A stretch of DNA of 64,000 bases, taken from Candidatus Eiseniibacteriota bacterium (GTDB taxonomy: Bacteria; Eisenbacteria; RBG-16-71-46). The position numbers and the translations under genes were made by a program. This document shows, piece by piece, positions 10,778 through 20,110 of the stretch. The notes beneath the pieces are model-generated. The model searched no databases, was not told the DNA's origin, and saw only the letters and a program-made list of their open reading frames with translations. The DNA lies in NCBI GenBank assembly GCA_020847735.1, contig JADLBL010000021.1, positions 126,059 through 190,058 on the forward strand, in the 5' to 3' direction. How positions within the stretch are numbered: the first letter of the stretch is position 1; every line of letters starts with the position of its first letter.

Positions 10778-12022
10778 ATGGCGCAGTGCCGCATTCTCCT
10801 CGTCTGGCCCCCGAAGGTGGAGTACGTCTTCTCAATCCAGAAGCACTTCACCTACTTTGGTGAGACTGCGGCGTTCTTGGGAAGGGAGCCCGATGTCGAA
10901 GTCACCGTCCTCGACGGAACGGCCCTTCAGCACTTCGCTTGGGCGTTCATCGAGGCCTATGCGAGCAAGTTCGACTTCGTGCTCGTCTACACTGACCTGC
11001 ACAACAGCCTCCAGGCCATCCGCGCGGCGCAGGAGTGCAAGCGGATCTCACCGGACTCGCAAGTCGTGTCCTTTGGGGAGGGGACTGCGTTTGCACCACG
11101 CACCTACGTTGAGCACGGTTTTGACGCGGCGATCGTTGACGCCATGTACGAGCGCAGTGCCCTTTCCTACATCCGATGGCGTCGGGGAGATCTCGCGGTA
11201 GATGGGCTGCACGGCGTCGTGTACGCTGATAACGGAGCGGTGCAGGAGTGCCCGCCTCGGCTGCCGATGACGATCGACGACATCGCGTTCCCTGCGTTGG
11301 ACCTGCTTCCGGTGGCACGATATGTCGAGATCAGCGGCCGAAATCAACTGTGCTTCACCGTCGCGCGGGGGTGCCCGTATCGCTGCCCGTTTTGCCGCGT
11401 CCCAGTCGCTCAGGCCGGAGGTGTGGCGTACCGCGATGCTGAGGCGGTGCTTGACTACATGGAGCAGCAGCGCGCGCGATGGAACTCGATGAAGCTCATC
11501 GCCCCGACGTTCACGGCTGATCGGGAGTGGGTGCTAGACTTCTGCAGTCGAGCTGCCGCCCGGCAGTCCGTCGGTAAGTGGATCGTCACGACTCGCCTGG
11601 AACGACTTGACCAGGAACTGCTGAGAGCGATGGCACAGGCTGGCTGCATCGCGATAGCCTTCGGGCTGGAGACCCTGGACGTGCGAACCCAAGAGCGTAT
11701 CGGGAAGCACGTCACCGAGGATGAGCTGAGGAGCCAGGTGGCTCTCATTCACGACGCAGGAATCATTCCCAAGGCGTTCATCATGCTTGGGATTCCAGGG
11801 CAGACACGGAGCGAAGTGGAGGCGACGTTTGCCAAGCTTCGTGAGCTCCGGGTCGAGATTCGACCAAAGGAGTACTATCCGTACGAGGTCTTCTCGGCCG
11901 CAGCCGACCCGATGGCTCTCTTCGAACGCTTCGACCGACAGGGAGTCTACCGGTCCCCGATGCCTGGTGTGACCGCGGCGCAGTTCGTCTCCTGGCTCCG
12001 GGACCGCACGAGTGTCCGCTAG
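10778..12022 (+). CDS. B12-binding domain radical SAM protein
   Basis: N-terminal Rossmann-like B12-binding region followed by CFTVARGCPYRCPFC (CxxxCxxC radical SAM cluster motif). Confidence 0.8.
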   Translation: MAQCRILLVWPPKVEYVFSIQKHFTYFGETAAFLGREPDVEVTVLDGTALQHFAWAFIEAYASKFDFVLVYTDLHNSLQAIRAAQECKRISPDSQVVSFGEGTAFAPRTYVEHGFDAAIVDAMYERSALSYIRWRRGDLAVDGLHGVVYADNGAVQECPPRLPMTIDDIAFPALDLLPVARYVEISGRNQLCFTVARGCPYRCPFCRVPVAQAGGVAYRDAEAVLDYMEQQRARWNSMKLIAPTFTADREWVLDFCSRAAARQSVGKWIVTTRLERLDQELLRAMAQAGCIAIAFGLETLDVRTQERIGKHVTEDELRSQVALIHDAGIIPKAFIMLGIPGQTRSEVEATFAKLRELRVEIRPKEYYPYEVFSAAADPMALFERFDRQGVYRSPMPGVTAAQFVSWLRDRTSVR

Positions 12023-13940
12023 ATTGAAGCGGATCGAAGTCGAGGCGGAGAGCGCACTCGCCGGGTTGGGCGCGTTCTGCGAGACGAGTGTGCTGCACTC
12101 GACGCACGACGGCCACGCCACGGCTGGCTTCTCGCTGGATCTTGCAGGTGGAACGAGGGGCCGAGTGAGCATCGGCGGGGCCTGCTTGGGGTTGTCGCTG
12201 TTCTCCTTCCTCGGCGAGCGCAAGGCGGGGATCGGTGATGCGATCGAGACCTACATCAGGCACCAGTACCTTCCTTGGGGTGGATGGTCGATCACCGCCT
12301 TGCGCCGAGACCGTGTTTCGCTTGTCTATACGACGAGCTTCGCCATGCAGGCCTTGGCGCGGTGGAACCGAGATGGTAACCGTGTGCTCCTACGGGATGC
12401 TTGGGCCTGGCTTCAGAACGCTCAGAACGCGGATGGAGCGTGGGGGCCGTGCCCCGGTGAAGACAGTCACCTCTACCCCACGTGCGAAGTGCTCTTCACT
12501 GCGGCGCTCCTCGGTGATCTGGTGCCACCCGGGGTCGTCAATCGCGCGCTGAAGTGGCTGATGCGGCGCCGAGTGGGACCCTGTTGGACGGACGACTGGC
12601 AGCTCCCTTCAGAGTACCTGACTGCTCTTGCGTACCGAGCCGCGACAGCGCATGGGGTCGAGTTCGACGCGAGAGCATCTCGCCAGTGGCTCCTTGAGCG
12701 ATCACGTGAAGTCGTAGATCGGCGTGAGTGGCGCATGATGATCCCGATCGAGGGAGGTCTGCTTCAGGAGCCGATCTCCGAGTTTCCACGAGCGGCCATC
12801 TTCGACGTCCTGTCGCAAGATCGCCACTCATACAACGAAGCTGGCTTCACCGAGCTTGCGCGATCGCTCCTTGGAGCCCGTGACGCCCTGGGGGTATGGC
12901 GACACCCCCCAGGTGGTCACGAAGCACCGGCCTTCTTGAACTACCACGTCGCGAGCGGCATCGCTGGGCTTCTGCGGAACAAGGGCGCACTGCATCGTTC
13001 GCGCACCGCGGCCCGGTCCGCCGCACCGCTTGGCGATGCGCCGTGGCAGCGGCTCTTGCCGGAGGAGGCACGCGTTCTACGTGAGGAAAGTCTCAACATC
13101 TCGTCGTTCCGTGTCGTCGGCTCGTACGCGAGGTGCGACGACGTTGTTCGTCGCCGACTCACCGACGTGACCACGCAGATGCTGGACGCGGTTAAGCGCA
13201 CAGACAAGTCGCTCGCGAACTACCTGTTCTGGGGTCATCCCGGTCGTGGCAAGAGCTACCTCATCGAGCAAGCGGGGGCATTTGCCTTACGGATTGGAGT
13301 CGCTTCCGCCTTCGAGAAGATCGTTCTGCCAGAACTGGATGAGGCGGGACTCTCCCGCCGACTAGCGGAAACCGGTGGCGCGCACACTAGGTCGATCGTC
13401 CTGATCGACGAATGCGATGGCAAGCTTCATGAGAAGTGGCCGTTTCCTCTACTGCTGCCCTATCTCGAGGCAAGGCAGAAGGGAGGCGGCAGCCGGGTTG
13501 TTGCGCTCGTCGGAAGCTGCGGCGAGAGCATGTCCGCGATGACATCACGGATCACTGAACGCGCGAAGGACGCAAAGGGCCCTGACTTGCTAGACCGCAT
13601 CCCAGAGGAGAATTGGCATGAGATTCCAGATCCTGATGCCGGAGACCGCGTCGTGATATTCCTGAGCCAGATGCTTGCGGTCGCGGCGGAAGAGGGTCGC
13701 CGGGTCACGGAGGTCGAGAAACTCGCACTGCTCTATGTGATGCGACATGCGGGCCTACAAAGTGTTCGACGCCTGACTCAGTGTGCGACCGATGCAGTGC
13801 GGCGCGCGGGAAGCAGTCCTATCGTGTGCTACGACCATCTGTTTGAGCCCGGAGACGACACCAACAAGTCATTCTACAATACGCACATCGCTCTCATCCG
13901 GACTTTGGGTAGGCCCTGCATGCGAGTGGCTGCAGAGTGA
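12012..13940 (+). CDS. Fusion protein: prenyltransferase/squalene-cyclase-like alpha-alpha toroid repeats (N) + AAA+ P-loop ATPase (C)
   Basis: QNADGAWG repeat motif typical of terpene-cyclase/prenyltransferase toroid repeats; C-term Walker A FWGHPGRGKSYL and Walker B IVLIDECDG; start overlaps rSAM stop by 11 nt. Confidence 0.6.
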   Translation: MSARLKRIEVEAESALAGLGAFCETSVLHSTHDGHATAGFSLDLAGGTRGRVSIGGACLGLSLFSFLGERKAGIGDAIETYIRHQYLPWGGWSITALRRDRVSLVYTTSFAMQALARWNRDGNRVLLRDAWAWLQNAQNADGAWGPCPGEDSHLYPTCEVLFTAALLGDLVPPGVVNRALKWLMRRRVGPCWTDDWQLPSEYLTALAYRAATAHGVEFDARASRQWLLERSREVVDRREWRMMIPIEGGLLQEPISEFPRAAIFDVLSQDRHSYNEAGFTELARSLLGARDALGVWRHPPGGHEAPAFLNYHVASGIAGLLRNKGALHRSRTAARSAAPLGDAPWQRLLPEEARVLREESLNISSFRVVGSYARCDDVVRRRLTDVTTQMLDAVKRTDKSLANYLFWGHPGRGKSYLIEQAGAFALRIGVASAFEKIVLPELDEAGLSRRLAETGGAHTRSIVLIDECDGKLHEKWPFPLLLPYLEARQKGGGSRVVALVGSCGESMSAMTSRITERAKDAKGPDLLDRIPEENWHEIPDPDAGDRVVIFLSQMLAVAAEEGRRVTEVEKLALLYVMRHAGLQSVRRLTQCATDAVRRAGSSPIVCYDHLFEPGDDTNKSFYNTHIALIRTLGRPCMRVAAE

Positions 13941-14029
13941 GCCGATTAGGCCAATGTCGGCTGGAGGCTGGCAGTCGTGTTCACAATGAATAGGACTTGC
14001 GTGCCCGTGACTATGGCAGCGTGCGGTGG

Positions 14030-14857
14030 TCAGTAGAGCCTCTTCAGCGTGAATCGGCTCCCCTTCAAACGTCCGACGTAGACAGACTTGAAGCTCCGGT
14101 GATGGTCTTGGACGCCCTGCCGTGCCTCCACGATGGCCGCCCGCGAGATCTCGGAGAGAACCGTTTTCACCACGAGAGTGAGCTCCGGCGTCAGATGGCC
14201 GTGCCGTTGACGCTTTGTTGCAACGGCTGGGAGCACCTCCTCGTGAAGCTCCGGAATCCGGCAGCCGAGTCGGTCATCCCCGGAGACCAGAGCGCGGGCC
14301 GCGCGACGCGTGCTGTCCGCGTGGACAGTCACGTCTGAGAGCGCGGCAGCCACGGGGTCCGCGTACGGGTGGCGCCCGGCTCGCAGGGCGACCATCGGGG
14401 CTTCGATGATCGGGGTTCCGTGCACGATGTGGTCGCGCACGCGCTGGGCGAGTTCCTTTCCGAGTGTCTGACGCTCGCGGCGGGTCGTGGGCAGGCGTCG
14501 GCCGCGAAGCGACACCCCTAAGCCGGAGACTCCAAGCTGGCGGAGCTCACCGTCCAGCGCGTGGCGAACGTCGCGCAGTTCGGCGCCGGCCATCGCCATC
14601 CGTTCGGGAACGACTTGCGCGTGGCTCACGCGCCGGAGGAGAGCACCGCTTCGATCACGGGCTTCGATGTCCCAGCGCTCACTCCTCGACGAGATGTCCA
14701 CGCAGACCACCGGCCGCCGGAGTTCAAGTGGGAGGACGCGTTCGAGGGCGCGACACAACGCCGCCGCAGTTGTCGGGTCAAGATCGGCCATGTCGCTGGT
14801 CCTCCATACCGCCCAGTCCGCGGTCTGGGTTGGCCCGGGCGCATGTGGGCTCGACAC
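14030..14857 (-). CDS. Hypothetical protein
   Basis: Long ORF convergent with the rSAM operon, same strand as and immediately downstream of the MTase gene; no recognisable motifs. Confidence 0.4.
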   Translation of the reverse strand: MSSPHAPGPTQTADWAVWRTSDMADLDPTTAAALCRALERVLPLELRRPVVCVDISSRSERWDIEARDRSGALLRRVSHAQVVPERMAMAGAELRDVRHALDGELRQLGVSGLGVSLRGRRLPTTRRERQTLGKELAQRVRDHIVHGTPIIEAPMVALRAGRHPYADPVAAALSDVTVHADSTRRAARALVSGDDRLGCRIPELHEEVLPAVATKRQRHGHLTPELTLVVKTVLSEISRAAIVEARQGVQDHHRSFKSVYVGRLKGSRFTLKRLY

Positions 14858-14903
14858 TAGTGAAGACTTGCGGAGCTCACGAGCGAATCGACCGTGAGCG
14901 CAA

Positions 14904-16634
14904 TCACTTCCGTTCCAGATGGCCCGTTCGCTGGTTCACCGAGAAGCCGAGCGAGCGCAGCGTTGCGAGCACCTCGCTTAGGTGAAGCGACTCGAGGTCG
15001 ATGTCCCGCCGCACAGCCGCGCGAATCACGTGAAGGTACGCGGTGCTCGGCGTGCGCAGGTCCTTCGCTCCAGCGGCGCTGAGGATCTCGGCGATCGTCT
15101 CGCGCGCCGAACTGACCCGCTTCGCTCGTGGGTGGATGGCCTTCATGTCCTTACGGAGCGTGATCACTAGGTCGGCTGTCACGACGTGCTCAGTTCCGCT
15201 GGCGAGTCCCTTGACCGAGCGCTGGCCCTTGTCGAGAAGGGCCGTCTCGTCGGGTTCGATCGCGAACCCGCTGGTCCGGATGGCGCGCTGCAGCATGGCC
15301 CAGACCTCGCCGCGGCTGTTCGAGAAGACGATTGAAACCGCTCCGCCTGGCTTCAGTACTCGTGCGCACTCGCGGAGTGCGCCTGTGAGGAGCTCTTCAT
15401 AGGCCCTCGCCGACTGCACGTGCTTGGAGCGCTCGGTCTGGACCACCGCTTCCTTCCGTGGATCGGTGACTTCCCCAAGCCAGGCTTCCTGAAAGAGGCT
15501 CATGTCGCTGTAGAAGAGGTTGCTGCCGAAAGGCGGATCGGTGAACACGTAGTCGATGGATCCGTCTGGCAGGTGCATCAATGCATCGGCGGACGCTGTC
15601 GTGTATCGGACACGTGAGGGGCGGTTGAAGAGCGTGTCCGCACCGGATTCCTCGAGCAGGTGTTCTTGGGCGCGGAGCGCTGCCGAGACCTTCCGCTCGA
15701 AGAGCTCGAAGATGTTCCACTCGTAGAAGACCGGCGCGATGTAGTAGGTCTGGTTCTGCGCGTTGAGCGGCCGCTTCGGGTGCCACTGGTAGCGCTTCGA
15801 CGCCCGCGGCAGGATGGCCGTGAACGCAAAGAGGAGCTTGCCGCGCAGGCCCTCGTCCTCGACCGCCAGGATCGCTTGATGGAGGGCGGTCAAGGCCACA
15901 GCGTTGCGGGGGGAGAAGAAGCTGGCCGTGGAGGTGTTGCCGTGCCGGCCGAGCGCAGAGCGCCGGTACATCTCCCGGTCCTCCTCAATCGGCAGGTTCG
16001 GGGTGAGCTTGCGCAGGGGGCTGCGTGCGGCGCTGGCGCCGAGGCGCAGGTCTTCCGGCGCGAGAGGACGCGGCTCCTTGTTGCCGCACGCAGTGCAGGT
16101 CACGTACATGAGCACCGGCCGCTCATCGATTCGCTGTGCGCGACGCTTGTCGAATCGAACGTGGCAGGCCGGGCACCTACCACCGCTTTGCCATCGGTTG
16201 GCCGCTAGCAAGTCGTAGTACGGAACCTCGGCCTGGCAGGCCGGGCAGGCGTAGACGAACGACCAGACGATCTTCCCAAAGGGAGACTGCTGCCCGCATG
16301 CGGCACAGGCGGCCAAGTAGTACTTCCCCGTCTTCGCCTCGGCTTGCTCCACCACTCTGGCGGCCGCGCGCCGAAAGCCCGCCGGATCGACGATGTTCAG
16401 AAGGTTCCGGCCGATGTGCTGCCCTAAGACGCTGATGTCACTCAACTCGGCGTTCCGGCCCAGGATGTGGGCCGCCACACCAGTCATACCCGATCCAGCG
16501 AAGGGATCGAGGACCGTATCCCCGGGCCCCGTGTGGCGCTCGAGGAACGGCCGGATAGCGGCTTCGGGAACCTTGGTCAGGTAGCCGTGGGCGTTGTAGA
16601 TCGGGTCCGTGCGTGGCGCGACGATGAGGTTCAT
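14904..16634 (-). CDS. DNA (amino) methyltransferase with internal zinc-ribbon insertion; M subunit of C-controlled Type II R-M system
   Basis: Motif I VLDPFAGSGMTG near N-term, motif IV FTDPPFGSN later (gamma-type order); four CxxC pairs between them; divergent from C-protein gene. Confidence 0.8.
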   Translation of the reverse strand: MNLIVAPRTDPIYNAHGYLTKVPEAAIRPFLERHTGPGDTVLDPFAGSGMTGVAAHILGRNAELSDISVLGQHIGRNLLNIVDPAGFRRAAARVVEQAEAKTGKYYLAACAACGQQSPFGKIVWSFVYACPACQAEVPYYDLLAANRWQSGGRCPACHVRFDKRRAQRIDERPVLMYVTCTACGNKEPRPLAPEDLRLGASAARSPLRKLTPNLPIEEDREMYRRSALGRHGNTSTASFFSPRNAVALTALHQAILAVEDEGLRGKLLFAFTAILPRASKRYQWHPKRPLNAQNQTYYIAPVFYEWNIFELFERKVSAALRAQEHLLEESGADTLFNRPSRVRYTTASADALMHLPDGSIDYVFTDPPFGSNLFYSDMSLFQEAWLGEVTDPRKEAVVQTERSKHVQSARAYEELLTGALRECARVLKPGGAVSIVFSNSRGEVWAMLQRAIRTSGFAIEPDETALLDKGQRSVKGLASGTEHVVTADLVITLRKDMKAIHPRAKRVSSARETIAEILSAAGAKDLRTPSTAYLHVIRAAVRRDIDLESLHLSEVLATLRSLGFSVNQRTGHLERK

Positions 16635-16684
16635 AGTGTCTTGCTGCCCAAGTGGTTAGGTTGAACGTGCGGGGGCAGATGTGT

Positions 16685-16713
16685 AACTTATAGTCTGTAG
16701 ACGTATGTGTGTC
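16685..16713 (+). promoter_or_regulatory. C-box operator (AACTTATAGTC-TGTA-GACgtatgtgtGTC) in MTase/C-gene divergent promoter region
   Basis: Matches the canonical C-protein operator architecture GACTnnnAGTC-TGTA-GACT...; overlaps the start region of the C gene. Confidence 0.6.
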
Positions 16714-16732
16714 AAGCACCTACCGTGCAACC

Positions 16733-16996
16733 ATGCCGCGAAGCCCCCTGCCGCGATCGGGTTCCCCTACCACCCCGCAAGTCCTTGTTGGCCACAATAT
16801 CCGCCGCCTGCGCGTTAGCGCCGGGCTGTCACAGGAATCCTTGGCTTCGCTGGCCGGACTCCACCGGACCTATCTGAGTTCCATCGAGCGGGGTGAGCGG
16901 AACCTCACTGTGGCCAACATCTACCGCATTGCCGCGGCCCTCGGCGTCGACGCCAGGGATCTCTTGGCGCCGATCGGGCGGAAGGAGACGCGGTAG
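16733..16996 (+). CDS. Controller (C) protein, XRE-family HTH transcriptional regulator
   Basis: HTH LSQESLASLAGLHRTYLSSIERGERNLTVANIYRIAAALG; about 87 aa; preceded by C-box; stop overlaps start of downstream REase gene (TAGTG). Confidence 0.75.
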   Translation: MPRSPLPRSGSPTTPQVLVGHNIRRLRVSAGLSQESLASLAGLHRTYLSSIERGERNLTVANIYRIAAALGVDARDLLAPIGRKETR

Positions 16997-18468
16997 TGGC
17001 GCTGAAGGCCAGCGAGAGCTTCATCCGCTACGTCACGATGGGCGCGGCCAGCGCTCACCGGGCCGTCGAGCTTCTCAACCAGCGCGGCCACGACGTCCGC
17101 GAGCTCGAGCGCTACGCCACCTGCAACAAGATCTGGCAGACGAAGATCAAGCGCCTGCGCATGCCGGACCTCTCTTGCCTGCGTTGCGGTCGGCGGTTCG
17201 AAGTTCGCGCGAAGACGAAGCTCGAAATCAAGATGAGCGACAGCCCGACCGTGGCCGGTCGCGAGTGGGATGCCGGGCTCCGCGACGAGGACGTGGTCAT
17301 CTTCGTGCGCTGTGACGGCCAAGCCACGCCGCCAACTCCCGCCGAGCAGATCGCTGGCTTCGAGGTGGGGCAGCTGCGGGCCTGCGTCGACCGTTCGCGG
17401 CTCGGACCTCCGAAATCAGCGGGAGAAGGGGCCGAGCGAGATCGGACATGGCCCGCGATTGTCCCTTCCTCGAGCGGCCATGTGCTGTTCGTCGGGGACG
17501 AGAAGATCTCTCTCCGGCTCGACACTGGCCGACAACAGACGTTCCAGTTGCGTCGTCGTGGGGCTGAGCTGCTGACTCCCTACGTCGGTGTCGGCGAGCG
17601 CATCCAAGGCGAGGTGCAGTTCCTAGCCGGCGCCCCGGCTCGACCAGCGTCGCTTGATTGCAGCGGCGGCGCCTGGGATCCCGTGCGCGGGCTGACCGAG
17701 AACGACACCATGAATCGCTTCTCGGCCGTCAAGGCGGCCGGACTTCTGCAGCGAGCCGATGCGGCCGACGCATTGCTTACCATCGCCCACACCGATCCCG
17801 ATCAGCGCGTTCGACTGGAAGCCGCTGGCAGCTTGCTGCGGTTGAGTCATCCGGGTGCTGCCGATGCAGTGCTGGTGCATTTCGATGCGCCCGAGCGGCC
17901 CGACCTCCGCATGGAGAGTGTGCTGCTCGTTGGCGAGGTACGCACGACGGCCGCCAAGAGCCTGCTCGAAACGATGCTGGGCCGACTAGTGGTGGGCACC
18001 GAGGAGGAGCTTCGTGCCGCGATTATCTGGTCCCTCGGCCTGTGCGGAGCCGGCGATGTGATTGTTCCGTACCTCAGCGATCCTTCCGACAGCGTGGCCG
18101 GACACGCTGCCGTCGCGCTTGGTGCACCGCTGTCCTCCTCGATTCGCGCTCGGCTGATCGCTGTTCTGGCCTCCGGCGATACGCGTGCCGTGGCCAGTGC
18201 TGCTTGGGTGCTGACCCGTGACGGAACGGACGTGGTCGGGCCGCTGTTGGAAGCCAGCCAGGATCCCACCGTGCGGGGCTGGGTCGTCTCCATTCTGGGC
18301 CGTCGCTCTCCCGCGGAGATCAGCCCGCGCCTCGAGGCGTACCCCGAGATAGGTCAACTCGTCGCTCCTTGGTGGAACCTTTGGCCAGGCAGCAACTGGT
18401 CGTCGGCTCCTGAAGGTGTGCGGGTACTGCAGGACTTGGCTCAGCAAGAGATCTTTCAGGCCATCTGA
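16996..18468 (+). CDS. Putative Type II restriction endonuclease: N-terminal PD-(D/E)XK domain + C-terminal HEAT/PBS-lyase-like repeats
   Basis: MPD...(19 aa)...LEIKM fits a PD-ExK signature; position downstream of C gene with 1-nt overlap (classic C-R operon); C-terminal repeats (AAGSLLRLSHPGAADAVL, SLGLCGAGDVIVPYLSDPSDSVAGHAAVALG) resemble HEAT repeats. Confidence 0.55.
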   Translation: MALKASESFIRYVTMGAASAHRAVELLNQRGHDVRELERYATCNKIWQTKIKRLRMPDLSCLRCGRRFEVRAKTKLEIKMSDSPTVAGREWDAGLRDEDVVIFVRCDGQATPPTPAEQIAGFEVGQLRACVDRSRLGPPKSAGEGAERDRTWPAIVPSSSGHVLFVGDEKISLRLDTGRQQTFQLRRRGAELLTPYVGVGERIQGEVQFLAGAPARPASLDCSGGAWDPVRGLTENDTMNRFSAVKAAGLLQRADAADALLTIAHTDPDQRVRLEAAGSLLRLSHPGAADAVLVHFDAPERPDLRMESVLLVGEVRTTAAKSLLETMLGRLVVGTEEELRAAIIWSLGLCGAGDVIVPYLSDPSDSVAGHAAVALGAPLSSSIRARLIAVLASGDTRAVASAAWVLTRDGTDVVGPLLEASQDPTVRGWVVSILGRRSPAEISPRLEAYPEIGQLVAPWWNLWPGSNWSSAPEGVRVLQDLAQQEIFQAI

Positions 18469-18661
18469 GCACCACCAATGCGTCTTGCTCCACGAGGCCC
18501 GTCGGCCTCGTCGACGAACTGCGGCCGTGCTATCATGCGTCCAGTATGCCATTTAGGCCGCCTCGCCCTCATCACACCACTGCTCAGTTTCCGTCTTCGA
18601 GGGTCTTGGAGTCGGCGCGCCTCGTGGGCACATGGGCATTTCTCCAAGGAGGGCGAAGTCG

Positions 18662-20110
18662 ATGAGCAGCAGCTGGTCCACCAAACGCTTCCCCGTCGCA
18701 AGCCTTCACTTGGACAAGAAGAACCCTCGGCTCGGCCGCGAGACGCTTGCGAGCGCTCCCCGCGAGATCATTCAGTACCTGTTTGACCACGACAAAGCAC
18801 TCGAGGTGGCTGACAGCATAGCGACTCGGGGGTTCTTTCCGAACGAGCCCTTGCTTGCGGTCAAAGAGGACGGTCGGCTGGTGGTCGTCGAGGGCAATCG
18901 ACGGCTTGCGGCCCTGAAGGCGCTTCGCGAACCGGGACTTCTCACCGGGTCCTCGTCTCGCCAGGTTGAACGTGTCGCTCGCAAGCTTACCGATCCGCAG
19001 TCCATCCTTACCGTGCCGGTCACGATTGCCCCCAACCGGCGCGCAACAGATCGGCAGATTGCAGGGCGACACATCGGAACGCCGGTGCTTGCGTGGCAAG
19101 CTGAGAACCGGGCGAGCTTTATTCTCGACAAGCTTGAGGAGGGGTACTCGAACGATCAGCTCAAGGACGAACTCGGCTTTACGTCCTCAGACATACAGAA
19201 CGCGCGACAGACGAGGGCGATCGCGGAGATGGCGCGGTCGCTCGAACTCTCCGACGAAGTCAAAGCCAAGCTTGAGAGTCCGAGGGCCAAGGTCTTCACC
19301 ACACTTGAACGTGTCTTCGACTCCTCCGTCGGCCGGGAGTACTTGCGCGTGCAGCCCGATCTGGATCATGGGATTCGGGGGACGACGTCAAGGTCGGAGT
19401 TCCAGCGCGCGTTCACGAGGTTGGTGACAGACGTTGCGCTTGGTAAGCAATCGTCACGCACACTCAATAGCGCCGACAACATCCGCGACTACTTTGAGTC
19501 GTGGAAGCCGGGTGAACTGCCGGCGGCAAAGCAGGGGGCCTTTGTTCCCGCAGATATCATTCAGGGTCGCTCAGTCGCTTCCTCGCCGAGACGAACCGCC
19601 GCCGCCACTCCGACGAGTCGCACGAAGCAAGTAACCCCCTATGTATTGCCGCGTGACCTGCGCGTGCGAATCAACAATCCCCGTCTGATCGACATCCGCA
19701 GCGAGCTCGTCAAGCTCGATCGGAGCAAGTTCCCCAACGCCGGGGCGGTGCTCCTGCGCGTGTTCCTCGAGCTATCGGTCACGGACTACTTGAAGCGCAC
19801 TGGCGAAATGGACTCGCTGGTCAAGAGGCTTCGGGAGATGAACGCTCTGCGGTACGGCACTCCAACGATGAAGCAAATGCTCCCGGAGATCATCCGAATC
19901 GCCAAGGCAAAGCTCCCGGCAGGAGAGGCGCTGAAGGTCGAAAAGGCACTCACCTACAACCCGGCCGCGGCATTCTCCATCAGCGAGCTCCATTCGTTCG
20001 TGCACGACACCGACGTGCCGAGCGAGCGCGATATCTGGCAGTTCTGGATGCGAACACAGGCGCTATTCAGGCTCATGCTCGAAGACGACGTAAAGAGCGC
20101 GAAGCCGTGA
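18662..20110 (+). CDS. ParB/Srx-like nuclease domain protein with uncharacterised C-terminal region
   Basis: DGRLVVVEGNRRLAALKAL matches ParB N-terminal GxRR motif; AAGGAGG RBS before ATG 18662. Confidence 0.65.
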   Translation: MSSSWSTKRFPVASLHLDKKNPRLGRETLASAPREIIQYLFDHDKALEVADSIATRGFFPNEPLLAVKEDGRLVVVEGNRRLAALKALREPGLLTGSSSRQVERVARKLTDPQSILTVPVTIAPNRRATDRQIAGRHIGTPVLAWQAENRASFILDKLEEGYSNDQLKDELGFTSSDIQNARQTRAIAEMARSLELSDEVKAKLESPRAKVFTTLERVFDSSVGREYLRVQPDLDHGIRGTTSRSEFQRAFTRLVTDVALGKQSSRTLNSADNIRDYFESWKPGELPAAKQGAFVPADIIQGRSVASSPRRTAAATPTSRTKQVTPYVLPRDLRVRINNPRLIDIRSELVKLDRSKFPNAGAVLLRVFLELSVTDYLKRTGEMDSLVKRLREMNALRYGTPTMKQMLPEIIRIAKAKLPAGEALKVEKALTYNPAAAFSISELHSFVHDTDVPSERDIWQFWMRTQALFRLMLEDDVKSAKP

